Sequence record: PQ850618.1
From: Escherichia phage ManiWeber_Bas99
Reading direction: 5' to 3' (one strand)
DNA length: 64,000 bases
The notes beneath the pieces are model-generated. The model worked only from the letters and a program-made list of their open reading frames with translations. It was not told the DNA's origin and did no database searches. Position 1 is the first letter of the stretch, and every line of letters begins with the position of its first letter. This document shows, one piece after another, positions 18,978 through 28,774 of this stretch. The translations under genes were made by a program, and so were the position numbers.

Positions 18978-21716
18978 ATGCAAAAGTTTGACACAAACCT
19001 GTTGCAAAACCTTAAGTGGATGCAGAACAATGCGCCAAACATCACATCTTTGGTGCAAAAGAAAAGTGACTGGTATGAAAGATACCAAGATCAGTTTTGG
19101 ACTGACTGGTACAATAACATTTTTAACATTGACACTTGTGATGCAATGGGCATTTATATTTGGTGCGACATTCTTTGCATACCAAGAGACTTTGTGGACT
19201 TAAGCAATTATGAGCACAACTGGGCGTTTGGACCGACGCGCGACAACTTTGAAGGTGCGGACAACATCGGCGGCAACTTCTTTGGTGCTGGCGGGAAGGT
19301 TGTAAAGAATATCGAAGAAGCGCGCATACTTCTTAAGCTTCGTTATCTGACGCTTACAAGTGATGGCCGCATCGAAAGTATCAACCGCATGCTTAAGTGG
19401 ATTTTTAACCGTGGAGAGGCTTGGGATTACTCTTCATCACGCTACGCATATGTGACCGACAATACTCAAGGTGCGGTGTCTTCATCTGAATCAACAAATG
19501 GCTCATTCCTTCTGTACGACTGGCAAGGGTCAACTGAGATTCAGCATGATTATAAGCAGATACTTTTAAGCCATGGCAACAACGCCGGGCTGACCATCAG
19601 CGGAGTGTCAGGCACCGTGTCACGGATGGCGCACCCAGATTGGTACTCATGGGGAAATGGTTCCGGCACAGGGATTGTCGGCGGCGACACCAGACAGTAT
19701 GGTGGGCCTGATTACTATGGGCAGTTGTGTGGTGATTACCCAGGCGAGGCCATAGAGAATTTTGCCAACGCAGTAAGGGTCATCAAGACGGCTTCAAGCG
19801 GTGAGCCTGTGTATTCTTTGGCCAATAAACCAAGTGCCAAATCAATTTCGCTTCCTTCGCAGGCTGGCGTCAACGTTTGCTATAGCTTCTACATAAAGGT
19901 GCTTTCTGAAAATGTCGCTTCTGTTTCTGTTACAGAGAATAGTGATGCATCGAGTAATGGAAAGCTGTTTGACCCCGTCACTGGCCAGTTCAACTTGGAC
20001 CCGTCATTGAGCTATTTCATCAAAGGTAAATTCGATGGAGTAAGAAGGGAATCAAACCGTGGTGGCATAAAAGCAATTGGCGGCGATTGGTATCGAATCT
20101 GGATTGTAGAGCAGACGGCAACCGCTGCTTCTGGAGTAAGTACCAGCTTTTCAATAGAGTTGAAGGCGACTGCCGCTGGATCAACTCAAACTCGTGAATT
20201 GCCTGAAGGGTCTGATGCTCTTTTGTTTGGATACTCGATTTGCGTCTGCGACCCTGTTCAGAATCCAAATGGACCTGAGCCTTATTTTTATGGAACGCAA
20301 AACCCTCCTTCTGACGGAACAGCAATCCTGTCTGTAACGGCGGGAACGCTCAATAACATCTCCTGTGCAAACGGACCGCTGACGACAAGAAACGGTGTAG
20401 TTGGCGAGTCATTCATGCAACCTGGCTCATCACTTGCATACTCTGGCTCAATCGGCGGCTACCCGTACCCAGGGAACGCCACGCTGATTGCAGAGACTGA
20501 TGGAATCAGACGCTCATGGAACGTTAGCAGGCTGGATGGAGTACCGCCGCCGCCGACCGCCGACTATTACATGGAATACGTCATCGGACCTTATTTCGCC
20601 AACAACCTGTCTGACAACTTTAAGACGCTAGTTGGCGACAGGAATGAAGGATTCTTGCCAGCAAATGCCGGAATACGCTGGCAGCTTTACCAAGAAGTCG
20701 CAGACTTATCTGATATCGATTTGACTGTCAGCGACATAACAGACACGCGCGTAGGATTTGAAACGGAAGGTGTTGCGTGGATTAACACTGACGGTATCAT
20801 CAGAGTTGGCGGCATTAACGAGTGGCCACTGAACAACTTCAACGGTGTGATACGCCAGCTTGAATCTTTGAAAGGTGTAAACCAGGTCGTCGACGGCGCG
20901 CTTGTCAACGACTATTCAATCTCAAAAGCATCAAGAGATGACTTTGGTCGTGAAATACCACGCGCGGCAATCACTAACTATTGGCGCTACACACAGCCAA
21001 ATGACGGTACATCTTTTGGCAATATCATTGAGGATGGCGCAAACACTGTCACAGCGACGCCAATCAGCGGTGCGCCCAACCAGTTCCCATCATTCAAGCT
21101 TTCCGCTACAATAGGGACTGTGCCAGCATCCGGTTATGCACGCGCTGTACTTGCTACTAAATACACTGGCACCCTGACCGGCCCTTTGTCATTTATCGCG
21201 ATAGTCAAAAACAACACGGTTAACGGTCAAAAACTTTTTGTAACTGTACCGGACGGGATGGGCGACTATATCCCTAAATTCTACAACATAGGCGCAGGTG
21301 ATTTGCAACGTATCGAAATTGACCTTGCCGCTGAGATTGTTGAAGGCGCTACCTGGGATGGATCAACAGGTGGCATCAGCATCGGTTTGATATCAGGGAA
21401 AGACTTGCCGACCGAAGTTGGTACGACTCTTGAACTTGATATTTTAAGCTTGATGCTTGTGTCTGGTAATACGATGAATGCGCTTGCAATTTCAACAAGC
21501 GAAGATTTCGCAAAGAAAACTGCGACTTCTATATACATCAAAAACCCAGGATCACTTGCCACTGGAGTTCAATTGATTGCTTCTAATGGTGATGTTGTAG
21601 CAACAGTAAACTTTCCGAGAAGTGCTGCTGGTGGTTATGTTTCAAGCATGAACATAACTGACTTAACTGGTGATTGGGCATCAACCCTTTTATCAAAAAT
21701 TAAATACATCGTGTAG
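18978..21716 (+). CDS. Baseplate wedge / tail fibre protein
   Basis: 912 aa; Trp/Tyr-rich N-terminus followed by a long Gly/Ser/Thr-rich fibre-like region. Confidence 0.45.
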   Translation: MQKFDTNLLQNLKWMQNNAPNITSLVQKKSDWYERYQDQFWTDWYNNIFNIDTCDAMGIYIWCDILCIPRDFVDLSNYEHNWAFGPTRDNFEGADNIGGNFFGAGGKVVKNIEEARILLKLRYLTLTSDGRIESINRMLKWIFNRGEAWDYSSSRYAYVTDNTQGAVSSSESTNGSFLLYDWQGSTEIQHDYKQILLSHGNNAGLTISGVSGTVSRMAHPDWYSWGNGSGTGIVGGDTRQYGGPDYYGQLCGDYPGEAIENFANAVRVIKTASSGEPVYSLANKPSAKSISLPSQAGVNVCYSFYIKVLSENVASVSVTENSDASSNGKLFDPVTGQFNLDPSLSYFIKGKFDGVRRESNRGGIKAIGGDWYRIWIVEQTATAASGVSTSFSIELKATAAGSTQTRELPEGSDALLFGYSICVCDPVQNPNGPEPYFYGTQNPPSDGTAILSVTAGTLNNISCANGPLTTRNGVVGESFMQPGSSLAYSGSIGGYPYPGNATLIAETDGIRRSWNVSRLDGVPPPPTADYYMEYVIGPYFANNLSDNFKTLVGDRNEGFLPANAGIRWQLYQEVADLSDIDLTVSDITDTRVGFETEGVAWINTDGIIRVGGINEWPLNNFNGVIRQLESLKGVNQVVDGALVNDYSISKASRDDFGREIPRAAITNYWRYTQPNDGTSFGNIIEDGANTVTATPISGAPNQFPSFKLSATIGTVPASGYARAVLATKYTGTLTGPLSFIAIVKNNTVNGQKLFVTVPDGMGDYIPKFYNIGAGDLQRIEIDLAAEIVEGATWDGSTGGISIGLISGKDLPTEVGTTLELDILSLMLVSGNTMNALAISTSEDFAKKTATSIYIKNPGSLATGVQLIASNGDVVATVNFPRSAAGGYVSSMNITDLTGDWASTLLSKIKYIV

Positions 21717-21726
21717 AGGAACGGCA

Positions 21727-23511
21727 ATGCCAACACTTATTAACAGACCTTTCGCGCAAAGCGGTGATGTATCCGTGGTGCCGGATGCAAGTCCAAGCGG
21801 TTATGTGAACTTCCAGCGCGGCTACACCCCTGACTATGCACTTGCCCTGGAAGCCGGAAACGTCGCCGCGAAAGCGGTTGAACGTGAGTCGATGAACTGG
21901 TTGCTGAATCTGATCACCGACAACCTTATGTTCATCCAGGACCACGGCGCTCAACAGTATTTCTCGTCTGACTTGAAGCCAGATGGATACCCGAAAAATG
22001 CCATCGTTGTCAGCAACTCTGGCACCCCTTCAGCGCCTGAATGGCGCATTTTCCAGAGTGTGGTAGACGGCAACACCAGCGCAGTCCCAGCTAACGGCGA
22101 AACGGAATCTTGGCAGGAATTGACGCTGCCTAGCGAAGCGAGAAAATATATTCCTATGCCTGCTGGCGGCGATGCGCAAAACCCGTATTTTGTTCGCGGA
22201 CTGATTTCAAACTTTGTGGACTTTGATAATATCACGACTTCCACAACTATTGTCATCCAATCTGACGCCGTTGCCGCTCTCTGCTCTAACATCCCGAACG
22301 CGGTTGGTGCGACGAAGGTTGCAGGTCGTCTCCAGGTTTGCGCTTGGCAGGTTGATGCGCAAACTTTTGCCCTGCAGCAATACACATCAATGAACGGATA
22401 TGTTTTCACCCGCTCTTATACTTCTGGTGCTTGGAGTGCCTGGATTCAAAATGCTACTGTTCAAGACGTGCAAATTGGAACGCCGAATCTTGCATCAGGT
22501 AAAGGCGCACAAGATATAATCCTTACCGTTCCAGCAGGTTATTCATGGCCTCCGTCAGCAGGTAGTCGCCTGACAATCGTCAATGATGTGACGACTACCG
22601 GACCTGTCACCGTGACCATTGGTGTAAACAAAGTTGCCGTTCTTGGATTCGACGGCAGCGAGTTGCCAGCTGGCGCTATCGTAGGCCTGTTGCCATTCAC
22701 CATCATCTATGACGGCACTGTTTGGCGTCTTCTTCAGGCATTCGGCGCGGCGCAAATCGGCGTTGATGCTACGGAGCCGCAGCAGTTTGTTACCAAAAGG
22801 CAACTTGACGCGCTTGCCGCGAAGTTGATTACCATGGGCGACGTATTCGAAGTTGGTGAGACTCGATTCCTTACCAACGGGACCAACCCAAATACTAAAC
22901 TGGGCGCTTACGGTCAGGTATGGACAAGGTTGCCTGATAACATGGTGATTCGCACGTCTGGAACGGCGCGAAACGGTCTTGATACAGGCGGTGCAGACTC
23001 TGTTACTCTTACCGCCGCAATGCTTCCACTCCACAATCACAGTGTGAACATTACCACGCGACAAAGTGGTCCATGGTCCAATACCACTGGAGACGCAGGC
23101 AACCATAGCCACACAGGCGATACAAGCCAAAACGGTGCTCACTCTCACGGTATGGATGCAGCTGGTAACCACCATCACGACAGCGGATGGGGCGAGGCGT
23201 ATGCCGACCAAGCTCGATACGGAGTTTATGATGGAACAAACAACAACATTGGAAGCAGAAAGACGGATTATGATAACTACAAGTTCAACACTTCAACTAA
23301 CGGCAACCATGTCCACAATATTCAATCTTCTGGTTCACACACCCATGGCTTGAATATTCAATTTTCCGGCAATCACAGCCACGGCTATACACTTCCCGCT
23401 CACACTCACGATGTGGTCGGTAACACTGGCGATGCAGGGCAGTCGGTGCCAACGGCTGTTTCAACTCTGCCGCGATACGTTGTTTTGAATGGCTGGTACA
23501 GAAGCGCATAA
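21727..23511 (+). CDS. Tail fibre distal / receptor-binding protein with His-rich tip
   Basis: ATG after AGAGGAACGG; C-terminus carries seven HxH-type motifs (NHSH, AHSH, NHHH, NHVH, SHTH, NHSH, AHTH) like the metal-binding needle domains of T4 gp37/gp12-type fibres. Confidence 0.6.
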   Translation: MPTLINRPFAQSGDVSVVPDASPSGYVNFQRGYTPDYALALEAGNVAAKAVERESMNWLLNLITDNLMFIQDHGAQQYFSSDLKPDGYPKNAIVVSNSGTPSAPEWRIFQSVVDGNTSAVPANGETESWQELTLPSEARKYIPMPAGGDAQNPYFVRGLISNFVDFDNITTSTTIVIQSDAVAALCSNIPNAVGATKVAGRLQVCAWQVDAQTFALQQYTSMNGYVFTRSYTSGAWSAWIQNATVQDVQIGTPNLASGKGAQDIILTVPAGYSWPPSAGSRLTIVNDVTTTGPVTVTIGVNKVAVLGFDGSELPAGAIVGLLPFTIIYDGTVWRLLQAFGAAQIGVDATEPQQFVTKRQLDALAAKLITMGDVFEVGETRFLTNGTNPNTKLGAYGQVWTRLPDNMVIRTSGTARNGLDTGGADSVTLTAAMLPLHNHSVNITTRQSGPWSNTTGDAGNHSHTGDTSQNGAHSHGMDAAGNHHHDSGWGEAYADQARYGVYDGTNNNIGSRKTDYDNYKFNTSTNGNHVHNIQSSGSHTHGLNIQFSGNHSHGYTLPAHTHDVVGNTGDAGQSVPTAVSTLPRYVVLNGWYRSA

Positions 23512-23519
23512 GGTGATTT

Positions 23520-24164
23520 ATGATTAATGCAAACGTAATATCTAAAGGGACCGGATGCAGCATGGATGTTGCTGAAAAATGGGTCGACCCCTTCAAGCAG
23601 GCTTGTGAGCACTACGGAATCAAAAGCAAGAATGCCATCGCGGCGCTGCTTGCAAACGTAGGAGTGGAAACAGGCAGTCTGAAGACCTTTGTGGAAAACC
23701 TGAATTATTCCGCTCAAGGTCTTGCTAATACGTGGCCTAGCCGTTACAGCGCCAGCGGTCGTTTCGGTGGCGCACCAAACTCCTTGGCATTGTCGATTGC
23801 CCGTAAACCAATGGAAATCGCCAATAATACATATGCAAACCGAATGGGAAATGATTCGGTAGCATCTGGCGACGGTTGGAAGTACCGTGGCCGTGGTGCC
23901 ATTCAGCTGACTGGAAAGGCTAACTATGCAGAGTATTCAAAACAATCAGGGTATGACGCATTGAATAACCCTGACATTTTGACTGAGCCGAAATACATCG
24001 CTGACAGCGCGGCGTGGTTCTTCAAGAACAGCGGTTGCATTCCACTTGCCGATGCGGGTGCATTTGATTCGACCGTGAAGCGGATTAACGGGGCCGCGCC
24101 GAATACGGCCAACCACGGGGATTTGCGACGGAAGCGTTACAAGGATGCACTAGCAGTTATGTAA
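23520..24164 (+). CDS. Endolysin, glycoside hydrolase family 19 (chitinase-like)
   Basis: 214 aa; motifs ...VGVETGSL... and ...YRGRGAIQLTGKANY... match GH19 lysozyme-like endolysins. Confidence 0.6.
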   Translation: MINANVISKGTGCSMDVAEKWVDPFKQACEHYGIKSKNAIAALLANVGVETGSLKTFVENLNYSAQGLANTWPSRYSASGRFGGAPNSLALSIARKPMEIANNTYANRMGNDSVASGDGWKYRGRGAIQLTGKANYAEYSKQSGYDALNNPDILTEPKYIADSAAWFFKNSGCIPLADAGAFDSTVKRINGAAPNTANHGDLRRKRYKDALAVM

Positions 24165-24167
24165 GAA

Positions 24168-24192
24168 AAAGGCCCATATGGGCCTTTGTTTA
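24168..24192. terminator. Bidirectional rho-independent terminator
   Basis: AAAAAGGCCCATATGGGCCTTTGTTTATTTT: palindromic GC stem with A-run upstream and T-run downstream, between convergent genes. Confidence 0.6.
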
Positions 24193-24420
24193 TTTTACGG
24201 CTTCAACCTGGACGGGTGGCGCGGAACTTGTATCAATGTCTGGCAAGTCGAAGTAATACCCCGCCATGCCAATCACGCCAACAATCGCGGCCCGTGCCAC
24301 CTTGTTGCTAATTGACTCCCCAATAAGCTTTACCAACAGGGACAAGATTTGAGACGTCAAAGCCTTTTTCAGCCTTTTGTTTTCTTCCAAATCTTTCTGC
24401 ATAACTACCACCCATGTCAA
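24190..24420 (-). CDS. Small membrane protein (weak holin candidate)
   Basis: 76 aa; TTG start; one hydrophobic segment AAIVGVIGMAGYYF; convergent with the endolysin gene. Confidence 0.3.
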   Translation of the reverse strand: MTWVVVMQKDLEENKRLKKALTSQILSLLVKLIGESISNKVARAAIVGVIGMAGYYFDLPDIDTSSAPPVQVEAVK

Positions 24421-24959
24421 CGCACATCCTGTGTCTTAACATTACCTGAAGCATCTCTTAAGGGCAGTGGATAGTAGGCCATTTGGTAGTCTGATACGCC
24501 TTCAACATGATAAAACACGATTACGTCTTTGCTGTTGATGAGCATGTTAACGACATCTGATTTATCTTCTGGAGTGAGTATGAGTGCGCCGCCTGTCCTG
24601 CTGTCTACTGCAACAGGGTATGTCTTGTCGACAAGGCCGCTGTCCAATGTATTATACCTGACAACGATTTCAGCGGCATCAACTTTTGCAATTGACATTC
24701 CGAACACAAACGAAACGACTTGGCGACCGCGATCATTCATTACGCACATCTTTTCCTTATCAAACCTTTCCTTTATCACATCATATTTGTTCCAGCAAAA
24801 TTCGAACGATTGGCCGTTGTTAAAATATCTCGTTAACACTTTGGCATTACTATTTGGTGGCGTAAACATACTTTCAGCCGCTGCACTTTTGGTGAAGAAC
24901 AAGACTGTCAGCATAGCCATGATGGTGATCAAAACAATCTTTAAAGTTTTCGATTTCAT
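24417..24959 (-). CDS. Secreted/periplasmic protein
   Basis: 180 aa; N-terminal signal peptide MKSKTLKIVLITIMAMLTVLFFTKSAAA. Confidence 0.4.
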   Translation of the reverse strand: MKSKTLKIVLITIMAMLTVLFFTKSAAAESMFTPPNSNAKVLTRYFNNGQSFEFCWNKYDVIKERFDKEKMCVMNDRGRQVVSFVFGMSIAKVDAAEIVVRYNTLDSGLVDKTYPVAVDSRTGGALILTPEDKSDVVNMLINSKDVIVFYHVEGVSDYQMAYYPLPLRDASGNVKTQDVR

Positions 24960-25039
24960 TATAATTCACCTTTTGATTACGAATATTAATAGTATAGGCC
25001 GAAGGTTTTGAAAGTAAATAAGGCGAAAGGTAAATAAAA

Positions 25040-25064
25040 GAAAAGCCGGAGATTTCCGGCTTTA
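25040..25064 (-). terminator. Rho-independent terminator (likely bidirectional)
   Basis: AAAAGCCGGAGATTTCCGGCTTTAT hairpin with flanking A/T runs, downstream of the ligase gene. Confidence 0.55.
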
Positions 25065-25135
25065 TGTATACACTGTATATTAAATTCTATAAAACGACGA
25101 GATAGATTATCCGCACCAATTATTTATCTAGTGTC

Positions 25136-26098
25136 TTAAAAATACTCCATATCGGTAATATCACGGAAGCATTTATACAAAGCAGAGCGCGGCACGTCGA
25201 CGATGCCAAAGTTAAAGAATTTATACGTTAGGTATTTATCGCGATAGTTCTCGCGATTCTCCCAAAGCATTTTACGCTCTGCCATAGGCATTGAACCAGC
25301 GGAGACGCGGAAAGGAATCATTTCACCTTTCTCATCCACATATTTTGGATTGACGACTACGAATGAGCCAAGGCATCCTTTCGCAACTAAACCTTCAGCC
25401 TCTTTTGAACGTTTGGTGCGACCCAATTCGTCAATGAATGCTTCGTTGTTGTTCTCCATCATCTCAACGAAGTCTATGATCAACCCTTCTTCATCGGTCC
25501 ACGGCTTGTCCTTCCACACATCACGTGACTTCGGCGTCGCGCGCCCATGCTTATATTTGCCCGTCCAAGACTTGCCATACAAGCCTTCATATCCAAGCTG
25601 GTCTGCTTCGATTTGCATCGCCGCGTACTGTTCCATATTTTCGATGTTTCGATATTCGAGAGCGCGAAGGAATGGGCGTCGACCATGGTTGATGAGATGT
25701 TGATTAACTTCAGCAACTCTAGCTCGATAGTTTGCATAACGCTTTTCAAAAGGCAGATCAGGGTCGCTGAAGTCATCAAACACCCACCATGTAAAGTTAG
25801 TGATTGCATCAGTATTCATGCATGCAGTATAGGCCTGTTGCATGACGTTCTTATCATTTGGATTGCCGTCGATTAGCTCTCCATCAAGTCCGTGAATTAG
25901 TTCACCCAAAAAGAGGAACTCTTTTTTGATTTGAACGTTGCGCAACGGCATGCCGGAAGTGCCCATTGGCAAGTTGTCATACGCCATTGCACGTATGCCA
26001 TCGACCTTGAATGACAGTCCGCAAGGCAGCGGCACGTCCTCGCCGCGCTCGATAATCTGCTTACGTTGGCAACCCTTCATTGGTTTTAATGCTGTCAT
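25136..26098 (-). CDS. ATP-dependent DNA ligase
   Basis: 320 aa; nucleotidyltransferase motif I KVDGIR, motif III LDGELI, motif IV-like EGLYGK. Confidence 0.7.
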   Translation of the reverse strand: MTALKPMKGCQRKQIIERGEDVPLPCGLSFKVDGIRAMAYDNLPMGTSGMPLRNVQIKKEFLFLGELIHGLDGELIDGNPNDKNVMQQAYTACMNTDAITNFTWWVFDDFSDPDLPFEKRYANYRARVAEVNQHLINHGRRPFLRALEYRNIENMEQYAAMQIEADQLGYEGLYGKSWTGKYKHGRATPKSRDVWKDKPWTDEEGLIIDFVEMMENNNEAFIDELGRTKRSKEAEGLVAKGCLGSFVVVNPKYVDEKGEMIPFRVSAGSMPMAERKMLWENRENYRDKYLTYKFFNFGIVDVPRSALYKCFRDITDMEYF

Positions 26099-26100
26099 AA

Positions 26101-26724
26101 TTATTGTCCTGTAACTTCTCTGATCACACGGTCTTCAAGTTCCAGCTTCTTTACCATTTTGCAGGAGTGCTCATAAGCCTGATCAGTCGATTTGATGAAT
26201 GTGCCGTTGTACATGACACCTTTTCGGTCTTTAATGTCTTCGTAGGCAGCTTGCGCACAGTCGGATAAGCGAAGGCCATAATCATGAGCTACGCCGGAAA
26301 GGTAATCGACTGCGGCCATGATGGTCACGTCAATATCCATGGTCTGATTCTTAGCGATTGCATCACCAAGTCGTCCAAGGGTCTTTGCCAGGCGAAGGAT
26401 AAATGAATGAGGGTGAGCACCTTTATCAGCGCAACCGCCGCCATTAATGTTTTCGATTTCAGTACCGTTTTGCGCTGCCAGGATGGTCAACACAACAAGG
26501 CAATCGCCGATGTCATCCTTAATTGCGGCCTGCAAGTCACAGATGGCCTGCTCTGTATATCCAATTTCAGGGTCAAAGAACACAAGGTCATGTAATTGAT
26601 CAACGTGGTCTGTCAACTCCCCAAACTCGCTAATAAGCTTCGGGTATTGGTCCTTAAGGTCGCAGCCTTGGATGATGTTACGGTCAGAAGCCCACTGGCG
26701 AATGTTTGCATAAATCTGGTTCAT
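26101..26724 (-). CDS. MazG-like nucleoside triphosphate pyrophosphohydrolase
   Basis: 207 aa; EFGELTDH and DIGDCLVVLTILA motifs typical of all-alpha MazG-family NTP-PPases. Confidence 0.5.
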   Translation of the reverse strand: MNQIYANIRQWASDRNIIQGCDLKDQYPKLISEFGELTDHVDQLHDLVFFDPEIGYTEQAICDLQAAIKDDIGDCLVVLTILAAQNGTEIENINGGGCADKGAHPHSFILRLAKTLGRLGDAIAKNQTMDIDVTIMAAVDYLSGVAHDYGLRLSDCAQAAYEDIKDRKGVMYNGTFIKSTDQAYEHSCKMVKKLELEDRVIREVTGQ

Positions 26725-27239
26725 TTATTTTCCTTTGATGCATTGAATTGATCGATTTTAATTTTAGCCTGATTATAAGTATCAATCAAGCTATTAACTT
26801 TCTCTTTTAATCGATTTGTTTCTGCGGCGAACTGAACAAGAAATCTGACATCCTCTTCTGATAGTCCACAGTTTCCTTCTGGGATAGAGAGGCGTCCAGT
26901 GGTCGCAGAGTCGGGCACACTCCTGAGTAACTCACGGGAGCAGCTGAGTTGCTCGCGCAACTTGACATTCCCAGACTTGTAACGAGCAATAGTGCCATCA
27001 GCAACCAGTTGCGCTTCCTGGCGACCCTTCTCATATGCCGATGCCGATTCAACCTGTAAAGTTGCAATTTGCTCTTCGAGTGCATTTATCTTGTCCTTAC
27101 GCTCATTAAGCGATGTCAGATATTGATTATACTTGGCCAGTGATGCGTTGGTTTGCTGCAGGTCTTCAACGTATGATCCAGCGGCAAACGCGCCAACAAG
27201 GGCCAGAATCTTCAGGAGCGGTACAATTCTTTCTATCAT
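26721..27239 (-). CDS. i-spanin (Rz-like)
   Basis: 172 aa; N-terminal transmembrane helix, central coiled coil, Rz-like C-terminal region; contains an embedded out-of-frame ORF. Confidence 0.55.
   Translation of the reverse strand: MIERIVPLLKILALVGAFAAGSYVEDLQQTNASLAKYNQYLTSLNERKDKINALEEQIATLQVESASAYEKGRQEAQLVADGTIARYKSGNVKLREQLSCSRELLRSVPDSATTGRLSIPEGNCGLSEEDVRFLVQFAAETNRLKEKVNSLIDTYNQAKIKIDQFNASKENK
26807..27034 (-). CDS. o-spanin (Rz1-like) embedded in the i-spanin gene
   Basis: Alternate frame wholly inside 26721-27239; from an internal Met: MRRVARKRNWLLMALLLVTSLGMSSC..., a signal-like helix with Cys (imperfect lipobox), Pro-containing mature part. Confidence 0.4.
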   Translation of the reverse strand: MRRVARKRNWLLMALLLVTSLGMSSCASNSAAPVSYSGVCPTLRPLDASLSQKETVDYQKRMSDFLFSSPQKQID

Positions 27240-27254
27240 GATGCACCAGATAAA

Positions 27255-27283
27255 TAAAAGGCCGCCAATCGGCAGCCTTGTTG
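27255..27283 (-). terminator. Rho-independent terminator (minus strand)
   Basis: Minus-strand reading AAGGCTGCCGATTGGCGGCCTTTTATTT: hairpin plus T-run after the SSB-like gene. Confidence 0.5.
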
Positions 27284-27296
27284 ATTTGATTGTCGA

Positions 27297-28157
27297 TTAA
27301 AACTCTTCTGCGTCGGTCGGAGTTTCATTGACAGGACCAGCGGCACCGCTTGCTTCTTCCTGCTTGCTGCGGTCAATGTTAACATTGCCGCCAACTACGT
27401 CGTTGTGGAATGCCTTGGCGACTTCGTACAGGCCTTTGTCCTGCACCAGACCTTCCAGCTCAAACTTCAGAACAGACCAGGTGTTGCCGTCTTTGGACTG
27501 GGATGCAGTGCCCATGCGAACGATGTTCATAAAGGTCGGCGGCGTTTTCAGACCCTGCGGAGTCTGAACTTTCTTCTGCTGCAGAGCGGTCATCAGCATG
27601 CGAGACGGCTTGATCATGGAAGAAGTCAGAGACAGCATTGCGCTACCAAATTCACCAGTTTCTTCGTTCAACAGAATTACGAAGTGGTTGCGTGTATCTG
27701 CGTAGTAAGGAGATTTCTTCTCGTGCACCTTGCCGTTTTCGTCCGGCACGAATACCTTACCGTTGATCTCAACAGCGCGGCCTGCTGCGACTTCTGCATC
27801 AACGTGCTCTTTGGTGAATTCACCTTTAAAGCCTTTATCGTCGGACTCGCGACCGCCCCAAAGAATGAAGGTGCGTTTGAATGCGCAAGGGATGATCTGC
27901 ACGCCTTTCTTGCCGTCATACAACTCACCAGTAACGGTGTTGTAAAGCATGCCAGCTTTTGCGCCAGGAACGTGTTTCGGATCATCTTCGTCGACCATAG
28001 GAGACATCTTCTGCAGTACGACGATAAAAGGAATGGCATACGCATCGGCATCGGCACCTTCAAAACCAGCGCCAAAATCGGTCATGTCGACAAAATCAGC
28101 CATAGCGGACATCTGGGTGTTTTTCACTGCAACTTCGGTGGTTTCTTTCTTAGACAT
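27297..28157 (-). CDS. ssDNA-binding protein (gp2.5-like) candidate
   Basis: 286 aa; acidic C-terminal tail ending ...TDAEEF, a hallmark of phage/bacterial SSB C-termini; sits in the replication operon. Confidence 0.4.
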   Translation of the reverse strand: MSKKETTEVAVKNTQMSAMADFVDMTDFGAGFEGADADAYAIPFIVVLQKMSPMVDEDDPKHVPGAKAGMLYNTVTGELYDGKKGVQIIPCAFKRTFILWGGRESDDKGFKGEFTKEHVDAEVAAGRAVEINGKVFVPDENGKVHEKKSPYYADTRNHFVILLNEETGEFGSAMLSLTSSMIKPSRMLMTALQQKKVQTPQGLKTPPTFMNIVRMGTASQSKDGNTWSVLKFELEGLVQDKGLYEVAKAFHNDVVGGNVNIDRSKQEEASGAAGPVNETPTDAEEF

Positions 28158-28216
28158 TTGATATTTTCCTATAGTATCAAGTTTCGTGGCAACCTGATTT
28201 CAAGATAAAGGTTAAA

Positions 28217-28774
28217 TTACTTTTTGCTTTTAGGCAAGGTTATTTTAGCTTCTTTGTATTCAAAAACGCTAATATCTTCACTAACTGGATTGCCCGCTTC
28301 CAGCTGTTCTTTTACAAACGACTTCAGTGTAGCAGAATGAACGCCTTGTTTCAACGTGGCTTCAACACCATCTTCACGCAGCGCGGCAACAATCTCTTGC
28401 GCCTGTTCGATTTCTTCGCGACCGAACTCAGCCGTGACGCTGGACTTGATCAAGCCGCCGTAACCGTTGTTGACAAGCCAATCGAAAACTTTTAATTCGT
28501 TTTCTTTCTTGATTGAAGCGTTCACCTTGGACTCGACCTTGATTTTGGTCTTGTCCTCAAGCTTGATTTCGGACACGCCAAGCTCATCCATAACGCCAGG
28601 AAGCAGAACAGTTTTGATTTCACTGATTCGCTGCTTTTGCATATCAGCTTCATCTTCAAGCTCTGTCAAAGCTTCTTGGCGTTCTGCCAGTTCAGATACT
28701 AAGCGCGCAAGGCGCTCTTGAATGCTCTCAGGAGCGACCTGCGGCAAATCATCTTCCCAATTAATATTGCTCAT
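28217..28774 (-). CDS. Hypothetical replication/recombination-associated protein
   Basis: 185 aa, coiled-coil-rich; coupled to neighbours. Confidence 0.3.
   Translation of the reverse strand: MSNINWEDDLPQVAPESIQERLARLVSELAERQEALTELEDEADMQKQRISEIKTVLLPGVMDELGVSEIKLEDKTKIKVESKVNASIKKENELKVFDWLVNNGYGGLIKSSVTAEFGREEIEQAQEIVAALREDGVEATLKQGVHSATLKSFVKEQLEAGNPVSEDISVFEYKEAKITLPKSKK

Noticed and set aside
22555-23211. 218-aa minus-strand ORF inside the His-rich fibre gene
   Set aside because: Antisense to the fibre gene; Cys/His-rich only because of HxH codon complements.
24529-25011. 160-aa plus-strand ORF overlapping the secreted-protein gene
   Set aside because: The minus-strand frame has a canonical signal peptide and fits the surrounding operon; the plus frame is its antisense.
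27405-28208. 267-aa plus-strand ORF opposite the SSB-like gene
   Set aside because: Antisense to a gene in a coherent minus-strand operon; composition is His/Arg/Phe-rich, typical of a spurious frame.
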